Source: Chryseobacterium sp. (GTDB lineage: Bacteria; Bacteroidota; Bacteroidia; Flavobacteriales; Weeksellaceae). From it: DNA of 64,000 nucleotides. The notes below the pieces were generated by a model that did no database searches, was not told the DNA's origin, and saw only the letters and a list, made by a program, of their open reading frames with translations. A program made the translations under genes and the position numbers. Positions 30,831-37,920 of the stretch are shown here, piece after piece (positions within the stretch are counted from its first letter, which is position 1; the number at the start of each line of letters is the position of its first letter). The DNA lies in contig JBCNMJ010000001.1 in the NCBI GenBank assembly GCA_039594975.1, forward strand, positions 20,402-84,401, read 5' to 3'.

Positions 30831-31847
30831 CTATACTTTTACTGTCATTAATTCTTCTTTTACCAGATCAATGACCAAAGAATTCAACTTTTTGTTGATC
30901 CTTTTATGTTCTTCTTTTTCTATGGTTGTGAAAACCTCAGGAAAATCTTTTTCAAAATCTTCTAAAATATCCTGTGCAAAAAGACCGATCACTTTTCCAA
31001 TCATTTTGGGTTCAAATTCCCCAATTTTGCTTACCACATTATTCAATCTGTTTATGGTTGCATATCTTTGAATTTCGTTCCAAATATCCTGAGCTTTTTC
31101 ACTAAAATTGATTTGCTTTTGAACCGGCTTATTCTGTTTTCTTACCACTTTAGATTTTTCAACCCATTTTTCATTTTTGTTTTTCAAAATGACTCTTGAG
31201 CCGTTTCCAAAATATTTGGTTTTCAAAGTTTTCACGATGGTTCCTTCGCACATATTGTTCTCGACTTCCGGTAATCCCAACCAATCCGGAATTTTAGAAT
31301 CGAAAACATTCGGAAACTTCAAAGCTTCTTCTAAAGTTCCCTGAAATAAGATCTTTGCATAGAAAAAACCGGTTTCCTCAAAAATTTGATTCACTAAATC
31401 CGTATCCAAATAAGTAATTCCGTTCAATTTGATGTCGAATGCGTAAAACTCGTTGTAAGGTGCATATTCAATACCTTTCTGCACCTTCACTGCATCTTTT
31501 ACAGCTTCGACTTCTTTGTGTTTGTAACCGCCACCGAATAATTCACCGTAAATTACCACAGTTTCAACATTGGGATACATTGTTTTCACTCTTCCGAAAA
31601 CTTCCATTACATTTTTTCTGTAACGTTCTAAAATCTGATGTGCATTGAAGAACTTTTCATTTTTTTCAATGAAAGCGGTCCTTTTTCCGATTTTAATTTC
31701 CTTTCCGTCAGTAAAGAAAGAGAAATTTGCCCCGTGAACCTTCTCCTGTACGATGAAAACCTCATTCCAAAAACCCTGCATCCTGATCTGATCGATCACG
31801 CGGGTCTGGTAAGCATTTTCTATAGAGTTATATGTTTTGAAAATCAT
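30831..31847 (-). CDS. RNA ligase, Rnl2 family
   Basis: FKTYNSIEN, EKVHGANFS (motif I), YGELFG, EGTIVK, ILKNKN. Confidence 0.92.
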   Translation of the reverse strand: MIFKTYNSIENAYQTRVIDQIRMQGFWNEVFIVQEKVHGANFSFFTDGKEIKIGKRTAFIEKNEKFFNAHQILERYRKNVMEVFGRVKTMYPNVETVVIYGELFGGGYKHKEVEAVKDAVKVQKGIEYAPYNEFYAFDIKLNGITYLDTDLVNQIFEETGFFYAKILFQGTLEEALKFPNVFDSKIPDWLGLPEVENNMCEGTIVKTLKTKYFGNGSRVILKNKNEKWVEKSKVVRKQNKPVQKQINFSEKAQDIWNEIQRYATINRLNNVVSKIGEFEPKMIGKVIGLFAQDILEDFEKDFPEVFTTIEKEEHKRINKKLNSLVIDLVKEELMTVKV

Positions 31848-31851
31848 TTCT

Positions 31852-32415
31852 TTAATTTTTAATAGTTTCTAATTCATTATTTTTCATCTGAGTAACGTGT
31901 CTCTGAGCATGGAGTGAAAGGAAATAAATGTATTCGTACACATTGATTTTCCCCAGTTCATTTACCGTCATGGTTGTTTTGCAGAGAAGACCTTCGCCAT
32001 TTTTCATCAAGTCTAAATAATTTAAACATTGATGATATTGTTGAGAGATTAAACTTCTGATTTCAGCTAAATTCAATTCTCCTTTCGGCTCCATATGTTC
32101 CGGTCTTATCCATTCGAAAGCTCCATATTCACCTACTTTTTCAAACTTTCCTTGATCGAAACTGTAATTTTCTATTTCAAGATGTAGATCAAGATTAAGA
32201 TAATTTCGCATTGCTTTTTTTGAGCCTTTTTCAATGAGAATCAACAAATAAAAGTTTGTGAGATAGATATGTTCTAAAATCTGCCGAATCGTCCAGCCTC
32301 CGTTTGAAGGCTGAAAATTCAATATTTCATTATCTTTATCAAACCATCTGTTGACCTCATCAAAACTGATTTTCAAATGCGTTTTTATATCCTGAATTAA
32401 TCTAAAAATGTCCAT
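31852..32415 (-). CDS. DinB-family protein
   Basis: GGWTIRQILEHI, LHAQRHVTQM. Confidence 0.85.
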   Translation of the reverse strand: MDIFRLIQDIKTHLKISFDEVNRWFDKDNEILNFQPSNGGWTIRQILEHIYLTNFYLLILIEKGSKKAMRNYLNLDLHLEIENYSFDQGKFEKVGEYGAFEWIRPEHMEPKGELNLAEIRSLISQQYHQCLNYLDLMKNGEGLLCKTTMTVNELGKINVYEYIYFLSLHAQRHVTQMKNNELETIKN

Positions 32416-32785
32416 TACAAATTTTTAAAGTTGTTTAAAAGTCCTTCAATATTCTCCTTTCCAACAGGATTCATGGAGTGGCAATAGAATTTTGGTAAGT
32501 CTAAGTAATTATCCATACAATATTCTACCAGCCATTTTGCGCAATCGTAGCCTGTCTTTTCAATAAATTCCTGAGAATTTGGTTTCAAATAGTGCTCATC
32601 AGCAAGGTCGTGGTCAAAAGAGATCATTTCCGGAAGTCCTTTTTCCAAAATCCTGTTGACAAACTGTTCGTAATTTCGAACGATATGCCAGTCTTTTCTG
32701 AGGAAAATATCCTGTTGGGTATAATGATACGCCTCAATCGGATATCTTATATCGTCCAGAAACAGTAATCTTTTGTGAGTTCCAT
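32415..32785 (-). pseudogene. Cyclic-phosphate-processing receiver-domain protein, frameshifted near the start
   Basis: LFLDDIRYP...ISFDHDL...HSMNPVG; ATG at 32785 is out of frame; restoring one A in the 32771-32774 run gives MELTKRLLFLDD. Confidence 0.7.
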
Positions 32786-32887
32786 TGCTTTAATTTATTT
32801 TTTTGGATAGAAATTGGAAGCTGGATGATGAAGTTAAATTCATACTGTAAAAAACTTCCATTTCCCATCGTTTTGCTTCCAGCTATT

Positions 32888-33373
32888 TTACACCATCATA
32901 TCAGCACAATTTGAACTTGCGAATGCATACGGTTTTGCTTTAAATACATATCCCATTCCCAGAATATATCCCATGGCATCTTTCAAAGCAACATTGGATT
33001 TGAAATCCGGGTCTGTGTTAATGTCTGCGTGCACCTCCATTTCCACCCCGTAAGCATCCAGAACAGAGCAGATAGCGTATGCAATTTCTACGGATTTGTT
33101 CACCTCGTTCAGCATTCGTTCTTTGATACTGATAGTCTGTATTTCTCTTTCTTTTCTGATAAAGGTAAACGCTCCTTTTCCCTCACGAATAAAGACAACT
33201 GCCGTTGCATAATTGATAGCATCCCCATACACATGGGAATCTGATCCCACACATACTTTCAGTCGGTGGCCGTTTGCCTGTTCGCGGATGATGGCTTCTT
33301 CTACCAATTGTGTGATAGATTGTTGGAAAATTTTTCCGGTCATGTTCTGCCATGTTTGCTGTTGCGTTTCCAT
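32888..33373 (-). CDS. RNase H-like YkuK/DUF458 protein
   Basis: VCVGSDSHV, RMLNEV, EVHADIN, YAFASS..AD. Confidence 0.85.
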   Translation of the reverse strand: METQQQTWQNMTGKIFQQSITQLVEEAIIREQANGHRLKVCVGSDSHVYGDAINYATAVVFIREGKGAFTFIRKEREIQTISIKERMLNEVNKSVEIAYAICSVLDAYGVEMEVHADINTDPDFKSNVALKDAMGYILGMGYVFKAKPYAFASSNCADMMV

Positions 33374-33394
33374 TTTTTTAAGTTTTTTGTAAAC

Positions 33395-33697
33395 CTATTT
33401 TCTCATTTTTTTAATAGTGTTTACAGGTTTTACATTTGTTTTCAAACTATCTTTCTTTGTCAATTTTTCAGTGAATTCCACAACATCTGCCACATCTTTA
33501 GTGGATTTTATTGCTTTTACGACACTGAAGCTATTTTCACCTTCTTTTTCTAATGCATTCGCATTTTTCAGGTATCTTGTTTCCATCAGCATAGGTTCAG
33601 AAATATGAGCAACCCGTGTACTTGTTTTTATACAGCTTCTGGCTATAGCGATGAAGGACATCATACCTACCAGAATCATTTTTATTGTATCTTTCAT
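33395..33697 (-). CDS. Small hypothetical protein with hydrophobic N-terminus
   Basis: 100 aa from MKDTIK; the longer ORF-track start lies inside tRNA-Gln. Confidence 0.5.
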   Translation of the reverse strand: MKDTIKMILVGMMSFIAIARSCIKTSTRVAHISEPMLMETRYLKNANALEKEGENSFSVVKAIKSTKDVADVVEFTEKLTKKDSLKTNVKPVNTIKKMRK

Positions 33698-33733
33698 GGT
33701 TATTGTTTTTTGGTTATTAGTATGATTTACGTG

Positions 33734-33806
33734 TTGATTCATCAGGATTCGAACCTGAACAACAAGAGTCAAAGTCTTGCGTGCTGACCAGTTACACTAT
33801 GAATCA
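33734..33806 (-). tRNA. tRNA-Gln(TTG)
   Basis: TGATTCA/TGAATCA acceptor; CAAGA-CTTTGAC-TCTTG; TTCGAAT T loop. Confidence 0.9.
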
Positions 33807-33810
33807 ATTT

Positions 33811-33890
33811 ATGAGTAATGAGTAATAGGTAATTAGTAATATTTTTTGCGCATAGTTTATTTCTTATTGCACATTACTTATTGCTCATAT
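33811..33890. repeat. agtaat/attact spacer hairpin (further copies about 33977-34064 and 34231-34340)
   Basis: Tandem agtaat(g) units facing inverted attact units between tRNA genes. Confidence 0.6.
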
Positions 33891-33894
33891 TCTG

Positions 33895-33967
33895 TGGAAC
33901 AGACAGGAATCGAACCTGTACCTTTAGTTTTTCAGACTAACGTGCAGACCTGCTACACCACTCTTCC
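33895..33967 (-). tRNA. tRNA-Phe(GAA)
   Basis: TTAGT-CTGAAAA-ACTAA; ACAGG-TTCGATT-CCTGT; one G-G mismatch in the acceptor stem. Confidence 0.88.
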
Positions 33968-34068
33968 AAGTTTTATAGGTAATGGGTAATTAGTAATATT
34001 AGAATCATACTTCATTATCTGCGTTCGCAACAATTACTCATTGCTGATTACTCATTACCCATATTTTG

Positions 34069-34142
34069 TACCTCTCCCCAGATTCGAACTGGGACTTTAC
34101 GGGGTTTAAAGCCGTTTTCTCTGCCAATTGGAATAGAGAGGC
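34069..34142 (-). tRNA. tRNA-Leu(TAA), short variable loop
   Basis: Leu-type D arm TTC-CAATTGGCAGA-GAA; ACGGC-TTTAAAC-CCCGT; 5-nt variable loop. Confidence 0.75.
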
Positions 34143-34149
34143 ATTGTTG

Positions 34150-34223
34150 TACGGAAAGAGGGATTCGAACCCCCAAAACCTTGAGCCTAAATCAAGTGTG
34201 TCTGCCATTTCCACCATTCCCGC
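34150..34223 (-). tRNA. tRNA-Leu(TAG), short variable loop
   Basis: GTG-GAAATGGCAGA-CAC; CTTGA-TTTAGGC-TCAAG; 5-nt variable loop. Confidence 0.88.
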
Positions 34224-34442
34224 AAGTTTTATAAGTAATGAGTAATTGGTAATCAGTAATAAAAAAGCATGCTTTATAAATTCATAATTGATTATAACCA
34301 TCACAATAATTACTCATTGCACATTACTTATTACTCATATTTTAGGTCTGAGAAGGCTTGTCTGATTATAAACTATGCCTGTAATGTTTTTTTGTAAAGA
34401 TCTTCTGCGCTCGACAAAACCTTCTCTTTCCCTTTTAATCTG

Positions 34443-34515
34443 TACTCTATAAGGGAATCGAACCCTTATTTTCTGCTCGAAAGGCAGACGTCCTGAACCG
34501 TTAGACGAATAGAGC
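34443..34515 (-). tRNA. tRNA-Glu(TTC)
   Basis: TCTGC-CTTTCGA-GCAGA; AAGGG-TTCGATT-CCCTT. Confidence 0.92.
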
Positions 34516-34608
34516 ATTATTTTCGTGAATTCTGAATTCTCAATTTGCTTTGCAGTCAATCTTTAAATTTTTAAATTAATAATTGACTTATTCCCCATTC
34601 ACTTTTTG

Positions 34609-34680
34609 ACCATCTGACCAGGAGTCGAACCTGAACAACAAGAGTACATTTCCTGCATGCTGCCATTACATTATCAGCGG
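34609..34680 (-). pseudogene. Degenerate tRNA, Gln-like body with TGT at the anticodon position
   Basis: 20 nt identical to tRNA-Gln 33734-33806; loop AATGTAC lacks U33; bulged acceptor stem. Confidence 0.65.
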
Positions 34681-34685
34681 TGTGG

Positions 34686-34769
34686 TGGAAGCAGTAGGAT
34701 TCGAACCTACTCAGCAATAAAGCAACAGATTTACAGTCTGCCCCGGCTCTCCAACTCCGGCGTACTTTC
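34686..34769 (-). tRNA. tRNA-Tyr(GTA)
   Basis: GCAGA-CTGTAAA-TCTGT; long variable arm; encoded CCA. Confidence 0.92.
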
Positions 34770-34951
34770 GGTTTTCATGAGTGATAAGTAATTGGTAATG
34801 AGTAATATTTTTAATAATCTTCCAATTCTTAATTTTTAATTTCTTGTGAAGAAAAACAAAGCCTGTCTTTAATTTTTTATTTGATGTAAGAACTTCTGCG
34901 CTCGACAGACTTTTTCTTTTTCTTCGGAACTCATCTCATTTTAGTTCTTTG

Positions 34952-35084
34952 AGATGGTTATGGGATTATTCATAACCATTTTATTTTTTTATTTGAATTC
35001 ACGAATGTTTCACATTTCAAAACCCACTCAGCTTATGCAACGGTTTTGCAGGCCGCCCCGACTCTTCCACTTCGGCGAACCATC
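34952..35084 (-). tRNA. tRNA-Cys(GCA) interrupted in the T loop
   Basis: GATGGTT/AACCATC acceptor, U73, GCGGC-CTGCAAA-ACCGT, long variable arm; 58 nt instead of 7 between the T-stem strands. Confidence 0.7.
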
Positions 35085-35290
35085 GTTTTTTTATTGGTTG
35101 TTGGTTGATCGTTTTTAGATAAAATCACATTTCTAATTTCTAATTAAAAAATAAAGCCTATCTTAATTTCTATCATTTATCTCAAATTGAGTTAAGAAAA
35201 AGTTTGTCTATATTATATCGTGTTTTTGGCGTAAAGATCTTCTGCTCTTGACAAACCTTCTTTTTCTCTTTTGAAACAATTAACTTAGTA

Positions 35291-35375
35291 TGAATAGTGA
35301 ATTGTCAATTCGCTTCGCTGGTCAATTTTTAAATTCACTTGTAAAACAAAATTCACAATTGACTATTCACATTTT
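35291..35375. repeat. About 85-bp palindromic spacer element (further copies 35676-35760 and 35848-35924)
   Basis: tgaat(a/g)gtgaattgtcaat...attcac(a/t)attgac(t/c)attca with terminal inverted repeats. Confidence 0.8.
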
Positions 35376-35377
35376 CG

Positions 35378-35449
35378 TCTGGAAAGCAAGATTCGAACTT
35401 GCGACCTCCCGCGTCCAAGACGGGTAAACAACCACCGTTATCTTTCCAG
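35378..35449 (-). tRNA. tRNA-Pro(TGG)
   Basis: CCCGT-CTTGGAC-GCGGG; GCAAG-TTCGAAT-CTTGC; atypical D arm. Confidence 0.85.
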
Positions 35450-35517
35450 TTTTGCAGATTCACTTCAATTTTCTTTTCCGAGAGACAGTCGGATTCGAAA
35501 TTTTCCGTAAATCTTTG

Positions 35518-35589
35518 CGGTCTATGCGAGAATCGAACTCGCAGTGCCCGAGAGACAGTCGGGAAGGTTAACCATTACCTCAATAGACC
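35518..35589 (-). tRNA. tRNA-Asp(GTC)
   Basis: GGTCTAT/ATAGACC, G73; CCCGA-CTGTCTC-TCGGG. Confidence 0.92.
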
Positions 35590-35594
35590 TTTTG

Positions 35595-35668
35595 TGATTC
35601 CGACAGGGATCGAACCTGTAACCCTGGATTTAGAAAACCCATGCTCTATCCAATTGAACTACGGAACC
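35595..35668 (-). tRNA. tRNA-Arg(TCT)
   Basis: TGGGT-TTTCTAA-ATCCA; ACAGG-TTCGATC-CCTGT. Confidence 0.92.
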
Positions 35669-35761
35669 TTTTACGTGAATGGTGAATTGTCAATCCGCTT
35701 TGCTGGTCAATTTTTAAACTCACTTGTGAAGCAAAATTCACTATTGACCATTCACATTTTG

Positions 35762-35835
35762 TAATCCCAGAAGGACTCGAACCTTCAACCTTCGACGTAT
35801 CAGGTCGACGCTCCAACCAATTGAGCTATGAGATT
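35762..35835 (-). tRNA. tRNA-Ile(GAT)
   Basis: TCGAC-CTGATAC-GTCGA; GAAGG-TTCGAGT-CCTTC. Confidence 0.92.
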
Positions 35836-35925
35836 GTATTTTTGTTGTGAACGGTCAATTGTCAATTCGCTTTGCTTGTCAATTTACTTGTGAAACAAAA
35901 TTCACTATTGACCATTCATATTTTG

Positions 35926-35997
35926 GGTATCTCCGGGGATCGAACCCTGTTCTTCGGTTCCACAGACCGACGCTTTACCAAATAAGCTAGAGAAACC
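35926..35997 (-). tRNA. tRNA-His(GTG)
   Basis: G-1 and C73; TCGGT-CTGTGGA-ACCGA; T arm appears one nt short. Confidence 0.85.
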
Positions 35998-35999
35998 AT

Positions 36000-36030
36000 A
36001 AAAAAAGCGCCTCTTTTCGGGAGGCGCTTT
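36000..36030 (-). terminator. Attenuator terminator immediately upstream of the tRNA array
   Basis: aaagcgcctc-ccgaaaa-gaggcgcttt followed by a U tract ending 2 nt before tRNA-His. Confidence 0.85.
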
Positions 36031-36053
36031 ATATTTTTAGACGTGTCAGTTCA

Positions 36054-36191
36054 TTAGCTGACCCATGTATATAAGCACCTTTTTTCCCAAAATTCACTAT
36101 CAAGAAGAATAATATAAGCATATCCCTGCCCCTTCGGCTCTTGCCCATGTAATCTTGAATGTGGATTAGATATGTTATTAAATTGTTTCAT
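36054..36191 (-). CDS. 45-aa leader peptide of the tRNA/RNA-repair operon
   Basis: MKQFNNISNPHSRLHGQEPKGQGYAYIILLDSEFWEKRCLYTWVS; its 3' codons are complementary to the terminator 5' arm. Confidence 0.65.
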   Translation of the reverse strand: MKQFNNISNPHSRLHGQEPKGQGYAYIILLDSEFWEKRCLYTWVS

Positions 36192-36516
36192 TTTATTTCT
36201 TGTTTTAAAAAGTTCTTTTGAAAGGCTTGAAAACTTGTTGCTTTCAATTTTCGGTTGCAAAGTAAGGATGAAATTTTTTAACTCGCAAATTTATTTTTCA
36301 ATTAACTATTTGATAATCAATAAATTAAATCTAATTTTCAGAATAGAAAATTTCTGTCCGCAATACTTTGCAGATACCTTAAATACCTAAATGACTGTCT
36401 CTCATCGGGTTATTGATCACGCTCTATTTCTTTATTAATTGTTCATTTGTTATTAAATAATTTTCATTTTTATGGTTATTTTTTTTCATTCTAAATAATT
36501 TCTGCTCTAAAAACAC

Positions 36517-36546
36517 AAAAAACGCCCCGAAAATCGAGGCGTTCTT
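36517..36546 (-). terminator. Intrinsic terminator after the second leader ORF
   Basis: aagaacgcctcg-atttt-cggggcgtttttt on the minus strand. Confidence 0.75.
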
Positions 36547-36574
36547 ACTATATTTTGATAAAATTCTTACGGGT

Positions 36575-36703
36575 TTATTGTAAATAATTTCCAAAGCAAG
36601 CACATTCCGCCTCATCTGATATCATGTATTCATATCCGAACGATCCCTTTAGTACAGGGCGATCGCATAGATTTAAACTGATATGTGCTCTTTGTATTGT
36701 CAT
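36575..36703 (-). CDS. 42-aa putative leader peptide
   Basis: MTIQRAHISLNLCDRPVLKGSFGYEYMISDEAECACFGNYLQ; TATCTTTG -7 box at 36717-36724. Confidence 0.5.
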   Translation of the reverse strand: MTIQRAHISLNLCDRPVLKGSFGYEYMISDEAECACFGNYLQ

Positions 36704-36775
36704 AATTTTTCTGGGGCAAAGATAAATCTTTTTCTTTATTTGATAAAGAGTTCTATTGTTTGATATCCTATCAAA

Positions 36776-36867
36776 AGATGCTTCGACTTCGCTCAGCATG
36801 ACATTTTTTCTAATACTAAATGAATTAATTTTGTAACGGTGTCATGCTGAACGAAGCTGAAGCATCT
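36776..36867. repeat. REP-like inverted repeat
   Basis: agatgcttcg..ttcgctcagcatgaca ... tgtcatgctgaacgaa..gaagcatct. Confidence 0.7.
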
Positions 36868-36900
36868 ATGTATTAAATTTTATCTTATCTTTTTAGAGAA

Positions 36901-37920
36901 TCAATTCCTAAACATCTTATTTCTTCCTGTCTTATACCTCGAAATATCTTTCAAAATAATCTCATCATCGGGATTGAAATGTTTCAGTTCATTTACAATT
37001 TCGGAACGGCTGTTGATGTTTTCAGCAATAATGCTGTAAGCAATCTCCCTTGTAGATTTCCGTAGCCGCTGATCTTTTTTAAATTCAATTTTCATCACTT
37101 CCAGATAGATCAGTTTTTTATCCAAAGGAGTTTCTATATACAAATGCTGAATCTCTTTTTCCAGTGTATTGATTTCAGAAATATTTGAAAAATAAGTATT
37201 AAGGCTATTAAGAGCTTCTTTATTTTCTCTCCAGCCTTGAAGCAAAACCTTTTGAGCCTTTTCCGGGGATTCCATTTTGTTTCGGTATATCAAAGATGCT
37301 TTTACCATCTGATGACTCTGTATATAATCATCAACTACCATCTGATAAAATACAAGCGCATTCTCAAGATCGTTGATCTCTTTATATAAGTCTCCGACTT
37401 TTTCTTTTTGCTGAAGCTCCTTATATAGTGTAATGGCTTTATCATATTGTTTTGCTTTCACATAACAATTGGCAGCATCTACTTTACTTTGTACTTTTTT
37501 AAGAAAAACAACGGCGGCTTCATTATAAAATCCTCCTTGCTCCAGCGTTGAAGCAGCACGATAATTATCTTTTAAGAGGTTCATATAAACGATAGCAGCT
37601 TTTTTATATTCACCATCCTCTATATGCTTTCTGGCAATGTCTTCATACATGCTTCTAAGTTTATCAAACAAAGAAGTATCTATATAAGAACCACTTCCTC
37701 CATAATTTTTTCTTGCCGGCGGTTGCGGATCTTTTTCCTGATTCTGAAGAATAACAATAAGCACGATGGCAATGGCGGCAAAGAATATAAACTTGAATAC
37801 ACTTCCCAAAATATTTTCCAGATTCATTCTGGATGATTGGGCAATAATAGCAATTACCTTAAAAATCACGAGAATAAAAAAGGCCGTCAGAAACTTTTCT
37901 AAGAACTTTTGCTTTCTCAT
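36901..37920 (-). CDS. TPR-containing component of the MoxR-vWA (bpX-type) system
   Basis: Two N-terminal TM segments; TPR-like repeats (YKKAAIVY, AANCY, KVGDLY). Confidence 0.7.
   Translation of the reverse strand: MRKQKFLEKFLTAFFILVIFKVIAIIAQSSRMNLENILGSVFKFIFFAAIAIVLIVILQNQEKDPQPPARKNYGGSGSYIDTSLFDKLRSMYEDIARKHIEDGEYKKAAIVYMNLLKDNYRAASTLEQGGFYNEAAVVFLKKVQSKVDAANCYVKAKQYDKAITLYKELQQKEKVGDLYKEINDLENALVFYQMVVDDYIQSHQMVKASLIYRNKMESPEKAQKVLLQGWRENKEALNSLNTYFSNISEINTLEKEIQHLYIETPLDKKLIYLEVMKIEFKKDQRLRKSTREIAYSIIAENINSRSEIVNELKHFNPDDEIILKDISRYKTGRNKMFRN

Noticed and set aside
34069-34142. Ochre suppressor tRNA (anticodon TTA)
   Set aside because: That register does not form an anticodon stem; the TAA register pairs and fits the Leu-type D arm
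34038-35764. ORF-track calls 34038-34304, 34335-34559 and 35399-35764
   Set aside because: They overlap tRNA genes and spacer repeats and show no protein-like motifs
36241-36300. Fifth copy of the direct-repeat operator before the tRNA leader
   Set aside because: Only one TGCG-like half is present and the spacing does not fit
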